Source: Candidatus Heritagella gallinarum (lineage in GTDB: Bacteria; Bacillota; Clostridia; Oscillospirales; Acutalibacteraceae). Taken from it: a stretch of 64,000 nucleotides of DNA. Location: the NCBI GenBank assembly GCA_904394685.1, contig CAJFNK010000026.1, positions 8,706 through 72,705 on the forward strand, given 5' to 3'. The notes beneath the pieces are model-generated. The model saw only the letters and a list, made by a program, of their open reading frames with translations, had not been told where the DNA came from and did no database searches. The position numbers and the translations under genes were made by a program. Shown piece after piece: positions 10,551 to 19,669 of this stretch (position 1 is the first letter of the stretch; the number at the start of each line of letters is the position of its first letter).

Positions 10551-10758
10551 CAAAACTCGCTCCCTTCCGATACAGAAAACCTTTACAGCCATTCCTGCTG
10601 CTTTTTGATATTTCTATTATATCATATTCACAAAAGCTTTTGTAAAGAAATTCTGACATTCTTAAAAAAAACATAAAAACTGTTGCCACAGGAATCCTTG
10701 ACCACCTGACTGCGCCTTATTATAATGAAATCAAATATCATGCAGGAAGGCGGTTATT

Positions 10759-11577
10759 ATGGCACTTGTACAAATGAACTTTAACAGTGAATACCTGAAA
10801 GGGAACCATGAAATCAGCATCATTTTACCAGACCGGCCCTGGGAAACTTCTTCAAAAGAGTTTTATGCTTCGGGGAAAAAATATCCCGTTCTCTGGCTGC
10901 TGCACGGAACCTTTGGCGATCACACCGACTGGCTGCGAAAAACCAATATCGAGCTGTATGCCTGTGAAAAAAATCTAATTGTGGTGATGCCCAGCGGCCA
11001 AAACAGCAATTATCTCAACTGGCCCGGATTTGCCTGCGGGTTTGATATGTGGGATTATCTGCAAAAGGAGCTGATGCCACTGGTTTACAATTGGTTTCCG
11101 GCTTCCAGCAAAAGGGAAGACAACTATCTTTGCGGCCTTTCGATGGGCGGGCGTGGCGCCCTGCAATACGCTGCCGCCATGCCGGAATCTTTTTCCGCTG
11201 TGGCAGTCCTTTCCTCGTGCGCCTGTGACCCACGTTTGCCAAACTCTGCCGGCCCGGATGTGAAACGATATGAGAATCTGGTAAACAGCGCCGGAGGGCT
11301 GGAAGCCTATCTGAAAAGCCCGGCCAATGTATGGGACAAGCTGCCCGAACTGGCCAAATCCGGGCGGCTCCCACGGCTTTATTTTGCCAGTGGAAAAGAT
11401 GACTTCCTGTTTGAACAGTATCTGACATTTAAACAATACGCCGCTTCCATTGGACTTGAGGCTGTCTTTGAGGAATTTGATGGCTATGGACATGAATGGC
11501 GTTTTTGGGACATGTCCTTACAGCGGGCATTGGAATTTTTTGATATCACACAAGAAAAAGGCGGAAATCCATATTAA
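10759..11577 (+). CDS. esterase family protein (esterase D / putative esterase fold)
   Basis: 272 aa. Motif VLWLLHGTFGDHTDW and nucleophile elbow GLSMGG, with a C-terminal GYGHEW. Confidence 0.8.
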   Translation: MALVQMNFNSEYLKGNHEISIILPDRPWETSSKEFYASGKKYPVLWLLHGTFGDHTDWLRKTNIELYACEKNLIVVMPSGQNSNYLNWPGFACGFDMWDYLQKELMPLVYNWFPASSKREDNYLCGLSMGGRGALQYAAAMPESFSAVAVLSSCACDPRLPNSAGPDVKRYENLVNSAGGLEAYLKSPANVWDKLPELAKSGRLPRLYFASGKDDFLFEQYLTFKQYAASIGLEAVFEEFDGYGHEWRFWDMSLQRALEFFDITQEKGGNPY

Positions 11578-11581
11578 TCAC

Positions 11582-11616
11582 AAACCGGGAACTGGAGCGA
11601 CCAGTTCCCGGTTTTG
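11582..11616. terminator. bidirectional intrinsic terminator (esterase / rny)
   Basis: AACCGGGAACTGG-agcga-CCAGTTCCCGGTT followed by TTTG. Confidence 0.7.
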
Positions 11617-11617
11617 A

Positions 11618-13177
11618 TTATTTGGCATATTCGATTGCACGGCTTTCCCGAATCAGATTGACTTTGATCTGTCCGGGATACTCCAAATCGCTTTCGATCT
11701 TCTTGCAGATATCTCTTGCCAACAGCACCATCTTGTCGTCACTGATAACCTCAGGCTTCACAATCACTCGAACCTCACGGCCTGCCTGAATCGCATAGCA
11801 GCGATCCACGCCCTCAAAGGAAGAAGCCACTTCTTCCAGCTTTTCAAGCCGCTTGATATAGTTCTCCAGATTCTCACGGCGGGCGCCGGGACGGGCAGCG
11901 GAAATCGCATCCGCAGCCTGCACGATGCAGGCAATCACCGTCTTGGGCTCTACATCGCCATGGTGTGCGTGGATGGCATGGATAACAGCTTCGCCTTCTT
12001 TATACTTACGAGCCACATCAATACCGATATCCACATGGGAACCTTCGATCTCATGGTCAAGTGCCTTGCCGATATCATGCAGCAAACCGGCACGGCGGGC
12101 CAGGGTGGGGTCCAGCCCCAGTTCCGATGCCATCAGGCCGGAAAGATAGGCAACTTCCAACGAATGATTCAGAACATTCTGACCATAGCTGGTACGGTAA
12201 CGCAGCCGTCCCAGCAGCTTGACCAGTTCGGGATGGATTCCGTTGACGCCTGCCTCGATGACAGCACGTTCGCCTTCCTGCTTGATGGTCTGCTCCACCT
12301 CACGGCGAGCCTTTTCCACCATTTCCTCGATGCGGGCAGGATGAATCCGCCCGTCCGAAATCAGGCGCTCCAGAGCGATACGGGCCACTTCACGGCGTAC
12401 CGGCTCAAAGCAGGACAGGGTAATAGCTTCCGGTGTATCATCGATGATCAGGTCAACGCCTGTCAGTGTCTCGATTGCACGGATATTCCGTCCCTCACGG
12501 CCAATAATACGTCCCTTCATCTCGTCATTGGGAAGGGGCACCACCGAGATGGCAGCCTCTGCCACATGATCGGCCGCACAGCGCTGAATAGCGAGAGCAA
12601 TAATCTCTCTGGCGCTCTTTTCGGCTTCATCACGGGTCTGCTGCTCAATCTCCATTACCTTGACCGCTTTTTCATGAATCAGCTCATTTTCAAGATTTTT
12701 GAGCAGGTACTCTTTGGCCTGCTCCATGGTAAAGCCGGAGATCCGTTCCAGCATTTCAAACTGGCTCTTTTTAACTGCTTCGGCTTCCTGCAGCCGTTCT
12801 TCGGCTTTCTTGTTTTTGCGTGCCACGGCATCCTCTTTGGATTCCAGGCTTTCCAGCTTCCGGTCGAGCGTTTCTTCCTTCTGCTGGATGCGGCGCTCCT
12901 GCCGCTGAATCTCCTTGCGGCGCTCGTTTAGCTCCCGCTCCGACTCATTGCGAAGGCGATGAATCTCGTCCTTGCCTTCGAGAATGGTCTCTTTCTTCTT
13001 GGCCTCTGATGTCTTTATCGCATCACTAACGATTCGTTTTGCTTCCTGTTCTGCGGAACCAATGGCTGCCTCCGCTTCTTTTTTGCGGTGTGCCACCCCC
13101 GCCAAAAATGCCAGGACGCCCGCCGCTGCTGCAACCAGAACCGCAATGAGGATACACACCCATACAGGTACGTCCAT
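11618..13177 (-). CDS. rny: ribonuclease Y
   Basis: 519 aa. N-terminal TM helix, coiled-coil, KH motif [15 protein letters not shown] and HD motif LLHDIGKA. Confidence 0.97.
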   Translation of the reverse strand: MDVPVWVCILIAVLVAAAAGVLAFLAGVAHRKKEAEAAIGSAEQEAKRIVSDAIKTSEAKKKETILEGKDEIHRLRNESERELNERRKEIQRQERRIQQKEETLDRKLESLESKEDAVARKNKKAEERLQEAEAVKKSQFEMLERISGFTMEQAKEYLLKNLENELIHEKAVKVMEIEQQTRDEAEKSAREIIALAIQRCAADHVAEAAISVVPLPNDEMKGRIIGREGRNIRAIETLTGVDLIIDDTPEAITLSCFEPVRREVARIALERLISDGRIHPARIEEMVEKARREVEQTIKQEGERAVIEAGVNGIHPELVKLLGRLRYRTSYGQNVLNHSLEVAYLSGLMASELGLDPTLARRAGLLHDIGKALDHEIEGSHVDIGIDVARKYKEGEAVIHAIHAHHGDVEPKTVIACIVQAADAISAARPGARRENLENYIKRLEKLEEVASSFEGVDRCYAIQAGREVRVIVKPEVISDDKMVLLARDICKKIESDLEYPGQIKVNLIRESRAIEYAK

Positions 13178-13280
13178 ATCAGGTAACCATACCTCCTTTA
13201 AAAGTAATATTTAAAATCAGTCACTCAATCAAACGGGTGCGTTAATCCCGAGAATTTAAGTTACATGTATTTCGATACTA

Positions 13281-13310
13281 ATTGTATTACTTTTCCTACC
13301 CTTATGTCAA
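13281..13310 (-). promoter_or_regulatory. candidate sigma-A promoter for rny (TTGACA-18-TACAAT)
   Basis: The minus strand reads TTGACAtaagggtaggaaaagtaaTACAAT, about 100 nt upstream of the rny start. Confidence 0.4.
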
Positions 13311-13401
13311 GAAATTCAGATACATTTTATGGAAAATTGTTCACATTTTCAATATCAATTCTTTCCAGACTATCTGAAAATACAGATAAAAATCATCGAA
13401 A

Positions 13402-14718
13402 TCATGCGTTATTTTCAGGAATCATCGCATAAATCAGCGGTGTTTTCCCCACTTTTTCCGCTCCGATTTTCACAGCTGTTTTCAAAATAGCGAGGCTTTC
13501 TGCCAGTGCTTCTTTTCGCTGTGAAAACAGCTCTGCCAACGCTTCTCCCGGTTCTACCTTTTCGCCGGTTCGATGAAAAAACCGAATCCCCGCCCCATAA
13601 TCCAGCGGGCTTTCACGGGTCTCACGGCCTGCTCCCAGCACCACCGAAGCACGCCCCACCGCCTGTGTGTCGATTGACTGCACCCAACCAGCACAGCTGC
13701 TTTTCAGGACTTGACGATACGGCGACTTTGGCAGCAGCTCCGGGCAGTCCACAACGTGCGGGTCTCCCCCCTCGGCGGCTACCATTTGCTTGAATTTTTC
13801 CAGAGCGCTGCCGTCCCGCAGCTTTTCAGCTGCCAGCTTCCGGGCTTCCTCCAAATTCAAGGCCTTTCCGGCCAGCCACACCATCGCTGCCGCCAGCTCA
13901 ATCGAAAGAACCCGTAAATCCTCAGGCCCTTCGCCATGCAGCACCCGGCACGCTTCCTCTACTTCCAGCGCATTGCCCACTGCTGTTCCCAGCGGACAAT
14001 CCATGGAGGTAATCAGCGCCGCCGTTTTTCTGCCCGCCATCTGCCCGATCTTCACCATGGTTTCCGCCAGCTTTTGGGCTTCTTCCGGCGTTTTCATAAA
14101 TGCGCCGCTTCCCGTTTTCACATCCAATACGATACAGTCACAGCCAGCCGCCAGCTTTTTACTCATAATACTGGAAGCAATCAGCGGGATGCTCTCCACA
14201 GTAGCCGTAACATCCCGAAGGGCATACAGCTTTTTATCGGCCGGAACCAGATTCCCGCTCTGCCCCACCACACAAACACCGGTTTCGCTGGCAATTTGTG
14301 CAAACCGCTCCGGTGTCTGGTTGGTGGAAAAACCGGGGATGGATTCCAGCTTGTCGATGGTTCCGCCTGTATAGCCAAGCCCCCGGCCGCTCATTTTTGC
14401 CACCACTACTCCGCAGGCCGCTGCCAATGGCGCAACAATCAGCGTCGTTTTATCCCCTACGCCGCCGGTACTGTGTTTATCCGCCTTGATACCGGGGATA
14501 CCGGAGAGATCTGCCATCTCTCCAGAGTGTGCCATCGCCAGGGTCAACGCTGTGGTTTCTTCCTCGTCCATCCCACGGATACAAATCGCCATCAGCAGCG
14601 CTGCCGCCTGATAGTCGGGGATTTCCCCTTTTGTAAAGCCTTCCACAAAAAATGTAATTTCTTCCCGGCTTAAAGCAAGTCCTGTTCGCTTTTTGGAAAG
14701 GATATCGTACATGTGCAT
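13402..14718 (-). CDS. pdp: pyrimidine-nucleoside (thymidine) phosphorylase
   Basis: 438 aa. Motifs KHSTGGVGDKTTL and GRGLGYTGGTIDKLESIPGF. Confidence 0.95.
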   Translation of the reverse strand: MHMYDILSKKRTGLALSREEITFFVEGFTKGEIPDYQAAALLMAICIRGMDEEETTALTLAMAHSGEMADLSGIPGIKADKHSTGGVGDKTTLIVAPLAAACGVVVAKMSGRGLGYTGGTIDKLESIPGFSTNQTPERFAQIASETGVCVVGQSGNLVPADKKLYALRDVTATVESIPLIASSIMSKKLAAGCDCIVLDVKTGSGAFMKTPEEAQKLAETMVKIGQMAGRKTAALITSMDCPLGTAVGNALEVEEACRVLHGEGPEDLRVLSIELAAAMVWLAGKALNLEEARKLAAEKLRDGSALEKFKQMVAAEGGDPHVVDCPELLPKSPYRQVLKSSCAGWVQSIDTQAVGRASVVLGAGRETRESPLDYGAGIRFFHRTGEKVEPGEALAELFSQRKEALAESLAILKTAVKIGAEKVGKTPLIYAMIPENNA

Positions 14719-14721
14719 CGC

Positions 14722-15150
14722 TCAATCCCCCTTTTGCAGGTTCTCCACACCAAATGCCCATGGAAACAGTTCTTTTAACGTACACTTTGTATATTCGTTT
14801 TTGCTTTTTACCATAAGTACTATAAATTTCTCAAAATCACAAAACTCTGCCATGACCTGACGGCATACGCCACAAGGAGGACATTCTGTTTTCGGCATTT
14901 CTCCCCTGTTAGCACCTGCCACCGCAATCGCCACAAAGTCTCTCTCCCCTTCGCTGACCGCTTTTGCAAAAGCGACCCGCTCGGCACAAATCGACGGAGA
15001 GTATGAAGATGATTCAATATTACATCCAGTATACATCTTTCCGTCATCACACAACAAAGCGGCGCCAACGGCAAATCCTGAATAGGGACAGTAGGCCTGC
15101 TCACGAGCCTCTAAAGCCAGACGGCACAGCTCTTTTTCCCGCTTCTCCAT
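14722..15150 (-). CDS. cdd: cytidine deaminase
   Basis: 142 aa. Zinc motifs CAERVA and PCGVCRQ. Confidence 0.93.
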   Translation of the reverse strand: MEKREKELCRLALEAREQAYCPYSGFAVGAALLCDDGKMYTGCNIESSSYSPSICAERVAFAKAVSEGERDFVAIAVAGANRGEMPKTECPPCGVCRQVMAEFCDFEKFIVLMVKSKNEYTKCTLKELFPWAFGVENLQKGD

Positions 15151-15162
15151 GGTGTGCCCCCT

Positions 15163-15873
15163 TTATTCTGCGATTTCCAGCGCCACTTCCATCATCTGTG
15201 TAAAGGTCATCTGCCTGTCATCCGCAGAGAGCCCCTCCCCGGTCAACGGCAGATCGGAAACGGTAAACATCGCCAGTGCCTTTTTGCCCGCTCTCGCTGC
15301 GTTCATATACAATCCCGCAGATTCCATCTCCACCGCCAATACGCCCATTTTTTTCCAGTCTGTCAGGCTGTCGGCATAATCGCCATAAAACAGGTCAGAG
15401 CTGATAACGCTCCCCACATGATGCGGGACACCCATTTTCCGGGCAGCCTGTACTGCTTTTTCCAGCAGAGAAAAGTCAGCGGTAGGAGCAAAGGTTCCCG
15501 GCAGACGGAACTGAGAGCCATAGTTGGAATCGGTGCAGGCCCCCATCGCCAGCACAAGATCCCGCAAGGCCACGCCGTCCGCAATTCCACCGGCAGAACC
15601 GATTCGGATAATGCTTTCCACCTCATAGAAATGATACAGCTCATAACTGTAAATCCCCATAGAAGGGATTCCCATTCCGCTGCCCATTATCGAAATCCGT
15701 TTTCCCTGATACTCTCCCGTATATCCAAGCATATTCCGCACCGTGTTAAAGCATACCGGATTGGTGAGATAGGTTTCCGCAATATATTTGGCCCGAAGCG
15801 GATCTCCGGGCATCAAAACCGTTTTGGCAATGTCGCCCACGTTAGCATGGTTGTGAGGGGTTGGAACACTCAT
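15163..15873 (-). CDS. deoD: purine-nucleoside phosphorylase, DeoD type
   Basis: The ORF extends to 15912. The start at MSVPTPH (15873) follows AAAGGAGG. VLMPGDPLRAKYIAETYL and GMGIPSMGIYSYEL closely resemble E. coli DeoD. Confidence 0.95.
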   Translation of the reverse strand: MSVPTPHNHANVGDIAKTVLMPGDPLRAKYIAETYLTNPVCFNTVRNMLGYTGEYQGKRISIMGSGMGIPSMGIYSYELYHFYEVESIIRIGSAGGIADGVALRDLVLAMGACTDSNYGSQFRLPGTFAPTADFSLLEKAVQAARKMGVPHHVGSVISSDLFYGDYADSLTDWKKMGVLAVEMESAGLYMNAARAGKKALAMFTVSDLPLTGEGLSADDRQMTFTQMMEVALEIAE

Positions 15874-16010
15874 AGAACAGCCTCCTTTATTCATAGCATC
15901 GAATTTTGTCACTCTGTGCCAATTGATTTCTATGCAATTTTATTATACCCATTTTGAAATCAGCCGTCAACGAGCGTTCATTATGAATGAGAGTTCCCAT
16001 ATCAGAACAT

Positions 16011-16040
16011 AGCAAAAGCCGGCTCCAAAACAAGCCGGCT
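16011..16040 (-). terminator. intrinsic terminator of the feo operon
   Basis: AGCCGGCT-8 nt-AGCCGGCT followed by TTTTGCT on the minus strand. Confidence 0.65.
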
Positions 16041-16051
16041 TTCAACATGCT

Positions 16052-16219
16052 TCATTTTGTCTTTTTTGTATACCAGTTCTGAACAGAATGGCTTGAACAG
16101 CCTGAACAGCCCGAACATCCGCCGCAACAGCCTTTCCCCGACTTTTTGCGTCGATATCTCCACCAGACAGCGGCGGCGGCCCAAAGAAGAATCACGCCCA
16201 ATATCAGGGCTTCTATCAT
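16052..16219 (-). CDS. FeoB-associated Cys-rich membrane protein
   Basis: This is the internal start of track ORF 16052..16309. The 55-aa product is MIEALILGVILLWAAAAVWWRYRRKKSGKGCCGGCSGCSGCSSH... Its ATG overlaps the feoB stop. Confidence 0.8.
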   Translation of the reverse strand: MIEALILGVILLWAAAAVWWRYRRKKSGKGCCGGCSGCSGCSSHSVQNWYTKKTK

Positions 16220-18297
16220 ACAAACAGCCCTCCAATCTGGAACACCAAGAAGGAAACCAGCCACGCCAGCACCAGCTGGAACCCGGCTGCCATTCCTGTC
16301 CATTTCCAACTTCCGGATTCACGGCGAATGGTGGCAAGTGTAGCGATACAGGGGATATACAGCAGGCTAAACACCATCAGGGAGTAGGCGTTCAACATAC
16401 CGAATCCCATACCGCCCAACACAGACGACAGCGAAGCCATTCCCGCCGCAGAGGTCACGTTGCTGATACCAAACAGAACCGAACAGCTGGACACCACCAC
16501 TTCTTTGGCAGAAATACCGGCAATCAGTGCCACCACGATCTGCCAATATCCCAAACCAATGGGGATAAACACCGGGACGATCCATTTTCCCAGCATGGAG
16601 CCAAAGCTCTGCCCGATATCCGTCACATATCCGTTGGGGCCAAAATTCAAAATCACCCACATGATAATCGAGGCGATAAAAATCGTTGTACCGGCTTTGG
16701 TCAGATAATCCTTGATTTTCTCCCAGACATAAATAGCAATCGTACGGGCGCTGGGCGCTTTATATTCCGGCAATTCGATCAGCAATGTATAACTTGAATT
16801 TTTCCGGTCGATCAAATGCAGCACAAAGGCCACCAGAATCGCAACCACCAGTCCCAGCACATACATCGAGTAGGCCGCCAGCAAAGCGTTGTCGCCAAAG
16901 AACATCTCGGAAAACAGCACATAAATAGGCAAGCGGGCGCTGCACGACATAAACGGCGTTACCAGCATCGTTTTCATCCGGTCACGCCGGTCTTCCAGCG
17001 CACGGGACGCCATGATAGCAGGGACTGTGCAGCCAAACCCCAGAATCATAGGGATAAACGCACGCCCGGAAAGACCCAGACGGCTCATTATTCCATCCAT
17101 GACATAGGCCGCTCTTGACATATAACCGCTGTCTTCCAAAAAAGCCAGCGCCAAAAACAGAATAAAGATATTGGGTAAAAAGGTGAGGATACCTCCCACC
17201 CCGGCCACAATACCGTCTACCACCAACGAGATCAGCATGGCGTTGATGGAGGCCGCTTCCATCCCCTGGCGCAGAGTCTCGGAGCCCCATTCCAAAAACA
17301 GGCTCATATATTCCTTGAGCCAGTCGCCCACGGTAAATGTGAGTAGGAACACCAGCCCCATAATCAACAGGAAAATGGGAAAGCCCAGCCAGCGGTGGGT
17401 CAGCAGGCGGTCGATGCGGTCGGTACGAACTGCTTTATCCTCCCGGTTGACCAGCGTTTCCTGAATGATCTCCTCGATAAAATCATATTTTTCATTGATG
17501 ATTTCTTTGCCACAAGAATCTGCCAGACCTTCTGGAAGCGAAAGCGGATACTTCTCCATAATCACCGGGTCGCCCTCCAAAATCTTCATGGCATGCCAGC
17601 GGTGGTTGGTAAGTGAAGGATATTTCTGCTTCAGTTCCGCCTTTACAATATCGATCTTATCTTCAATTTCATCGCTGTACACCATGGCGAACTCTTCATG
17701 ATGTTCGTGGATGTGTTTGGATTTGCGACTGTCATGGTGATGGATCAGCGGCGTCTGCTCCCGTTGGTCGCTGTGGTGGATGACAGCGTGCATCAGCACA
17801 TCCAACCCCCGGCGTTTGCGGGCGCTGACGGCAATGGCCGGGATCCCCAGCATTTCGGGCAAACGGTGCATGTCGATCTCCATGCCCCGCTTCTCCACAA
17901 TATCCATCATATTCAGAGCCAGCACAACCGGTTTTCCCAGTTCAATCAGCTGCAAGGTGAGATACAGGTTACGCTCCAACGCCGAAGCATCGGCCACATC
18001 TACGATGACATCTACCTCGTCGCTGAGGATATATTCACGGGATACTTTTTCTTCCATGGTATAGGAAGTGAGGCTGTAAATTCCCGGAAGGTCTACCAGC
18101 CGGATGGAATACCCCTGAAATTCCATGGAGCCTTCTACCTTTTCCACCGTTACGCCGGGCCAGTTGGCCACCTTTAGATTGGCGCCGGTATAAGCATTAA
18201 ACAGGGTAGTTTTTCCGCAGTTTGGATTTCCGATAAAGCCAACCCGGATTTCTTTTTTAGACTTGGTACCGGCAGGCCGTTTTTCTTCGTTTTTCAT
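16216..18297 (-). CDS. feoB: ferrous iron transporter FeoB
   Basis: 693 aa. G-domain motifs GNPNCGKTTLFN and DLPG, followed by a polytopic membrane domain. Confidence 0.97.
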   Translation of the reverse strand: MKNEEKRPAGTKSKKEIRVGFIGNPNCGKTTLFNAYTGANLKVANWPGVTVEKVEGSMEFQGYSIRLVDLPGIYSLTSYTMEEKVSREYILSDEVDVIVDVADASALERNLYLTLQLIELGKPVVLALNMMDIVEKRGMEIDMHRLPEMLGIPAIAVSARKRRGLDVLMHAVIHHSDQREQTPLIHHHDSRKSKHIHEHHEEFAMVYSDEIEDKIDIVKAELKQKYPSLTNHRWHAMKILEGDPVIMEKYPLSLPEGLADSCGKEIINEKYDFIEEIIQETLVNREDKAVRTDRIDRLLTHRWLGFPIFLLIMGLVFLLTFTVGDWLKEYMSLFLEWGSETLRQGMEAASINAMLISLVVDGIVAGVGGILTFLPNIFILFLALAFLEDSGYMSRAAYVMDGIMSRLGLSGRAFIPMILGFGCTVPAIMASRALEDRRDRMKTMLVTPFMSCSARLPIYVLFSEMFFGDNALLAAYSMYVLGLVVAILVAFVLHLIDRKNSSYTLLIELPEYKAPSARTIAIYVWEKIKDYLTKAGTTIFIASIIMWVILNFGPNGYVTDIGQSFGSMLGKWIVPVFIPIGLGYWQIVVALIAGISAKEVVVSSCSVLFGISNVTSAAGMASLSSVLGGMGFGMLNAYSLMVFSLLYIPCIATLATIRRESGSWKWTGMAAGFQLVLAWLVSFLVFQIGGLFV

Positions 18298-18524
18298 TTA
18301 GACAGAACCTCCCGAACCTGGATATTTTCTGCCATTTTTCTTCCAATGGCAAATCTTGACCCTCGAAATTTAACCACCAGAGCACCTCTGGGCTTTTTAT
18401 TCATAATTTCGATGAATCCTCCGGGAGTGAGTCCCAACGCCTCCAAACGGCGTTCCATCTGCATAGCCAGACAGATTTCTTCGACCCGGTATCTTCCTCC
18501 CGGTTCTCCATCACATAATCTCAT
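18294..18524 (-). CDS. feoA: FeoA-family iron transport protein
   Basis: 76 aa, SH3-like FeoA pattern. Its stop overlaps the feoB start by 4 nt. Confidence 0.9.
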   Translation of the reverse strand: MRLCDGEPGGRYRVEEICLAMQMERRLEALGLTPGGFIEIMNKKPRGALVVKFRGSRFAIGRKMAENIQVREVLSK

Positions 18525-18805
18525 GGTATAGCCTTCCCTCTCAGAATTTGTTAGTCAAAGCTAACATCCGGGGACATTTTATCACATTCAAGAAAAAAAT
18601 GCAACGGCAGGCCAGAATTTGCCTTTTCCTTGTGGTTTTAAGGCACTTTGCAATTAAGCAGAAAAAATGATATACTGAATGATAGAAATAATTGGGATTC
18701 TTCCAACAGAGAGCCATAAAATTCCATTTTGACAGCAAGAGTCTGCTCGTTTGGAATATCGGTTAAGGGATACTATTTCGACGGTTTTGAAAGGATTTGA
18801 CTGCG

Positions 18806-19585
18806 ATGAAAGTTTTAGCTTCTGACTTTGACGGAACCTTCCATCTGGGGGAAGGCTCAATTCCTAAAAACATTGCCGCTGTTCGGCGCTGGCAGCAGGA
18901 GGGAAACCTTTTTGGGATTGTGACGGGACGCCCCTATCCTATGATTTTGCCCGAACTTGAGCGATATCATATCCCGGTAGATTTTCTGATCTGTGTAAAC
19001 GGAGCCGCACTTCACGAGCCGGACGGAACTCTGCTGTGGTCCGACTCACTCCCCGATGACATCTCCCGTCAGATTCTTTCGAGGCCAGAACTCGACGAAA
19101 TGCCGCTTTATCTGGCAGCAACCCACAACGGAATGGCAATCCACATCAAAGACGAAACAGACCCATTCTGGTCAAAAGCCTGGCATTCTATTTGCAATCT
19201 AGGCCGTCTGGAACCTGACGAAATGCAAAAATTAACGGGCGTCATTCAAATCAGCACTGTTTTGGCAGACGACGAAACGGCACACCGGTTTGCCAATGAA
19301 CTGGATACATACCATTCTGGGAAGACAGCCTCTCATGTAAACCGCAACTATGTGGATACCACGGCCTTTGGTTCTAGCAAAGGAAACGGCCTGCGCCGGC
19401 TGGCAGAAATAAAAGGCTGGGACCCTGACTGTATTTATGCGATTGGTGATGGCAGCAACGATTTGCCCATGATCACGGCTTTTCATGGCGCTGCTCCCCA
19501 CTCTGCTGAACCTCGTGTGGCTGCTGCTGTTGCAAAAACCTATGCGAGCGTTGCCGAGTGGATTGATGAACTGCTGCAAAAATAA
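18806..19585 (+). CDS. Cof-type HAD-IIB family hydrolase
   Basis: The ATG at 18806 is preferred; the track start at 18797 is a TTG. Motif I is DFDGTF and motif IV is GDGSNDLPM. Confidence 0.88.
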   Translation: MKVLASDFDGTFHLGEGSIPKNIAAVRRWQQEGNLFGIVTGRPYPMILPELERYHIPVDFLICVNGAALHEPDGTLLWSDSLPDDISRQILSRPELDEMPLYLAATHNGMAIHIKDETDPFWSKAWHSICNLGRLEPDEMQKLTGVIQISTVLADDETAHRFANELDTYHSGKTASHVNRNYVDTTAFGSSKGNGLRRLAEIKGWDPDCIYAIGDGSNDLPMITAFHGAAPHSAEPRVAAAVAKTYASVAEWIDELLQK

Positions 19586-19600
19586 AGATACGTTTACTCA

Positions 19601-19644
19601 TACAAACAAAAGGCAGATACCATGGTATCTGCCTTTTGTTTGTA
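19601..19644. terminator. bidirectional terminator formed by a perfect 44-bp palindrome
   Basis: TACAAACAAAAGGCAGATAC-CATG-GTATCTGCCTTTTGTTTGTA, between convergent genes. Confidence 0.75.
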
Positions 19645-19669
19645 ATATGCCTTTTCCAAAAACACACTC

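Noticed and set aside
16220-16309. Longer 85-aa form of the Cys-rich ORF overlapping the feoB 3' end
   Set aside because: The extension lies inside the feoB coding sequence in another frame. The family-typical protein starts at the ATG that overlaps the feoB stop.
19601-19644. Perfect 44-bp palindrome as a possible recombination site or IS end
   Set aside because: It sits exactly between two convergent stop codons and has A-run and T-run flanks. This is fully explained as a bidirectional intrinsic terminator. No second copy is seen.
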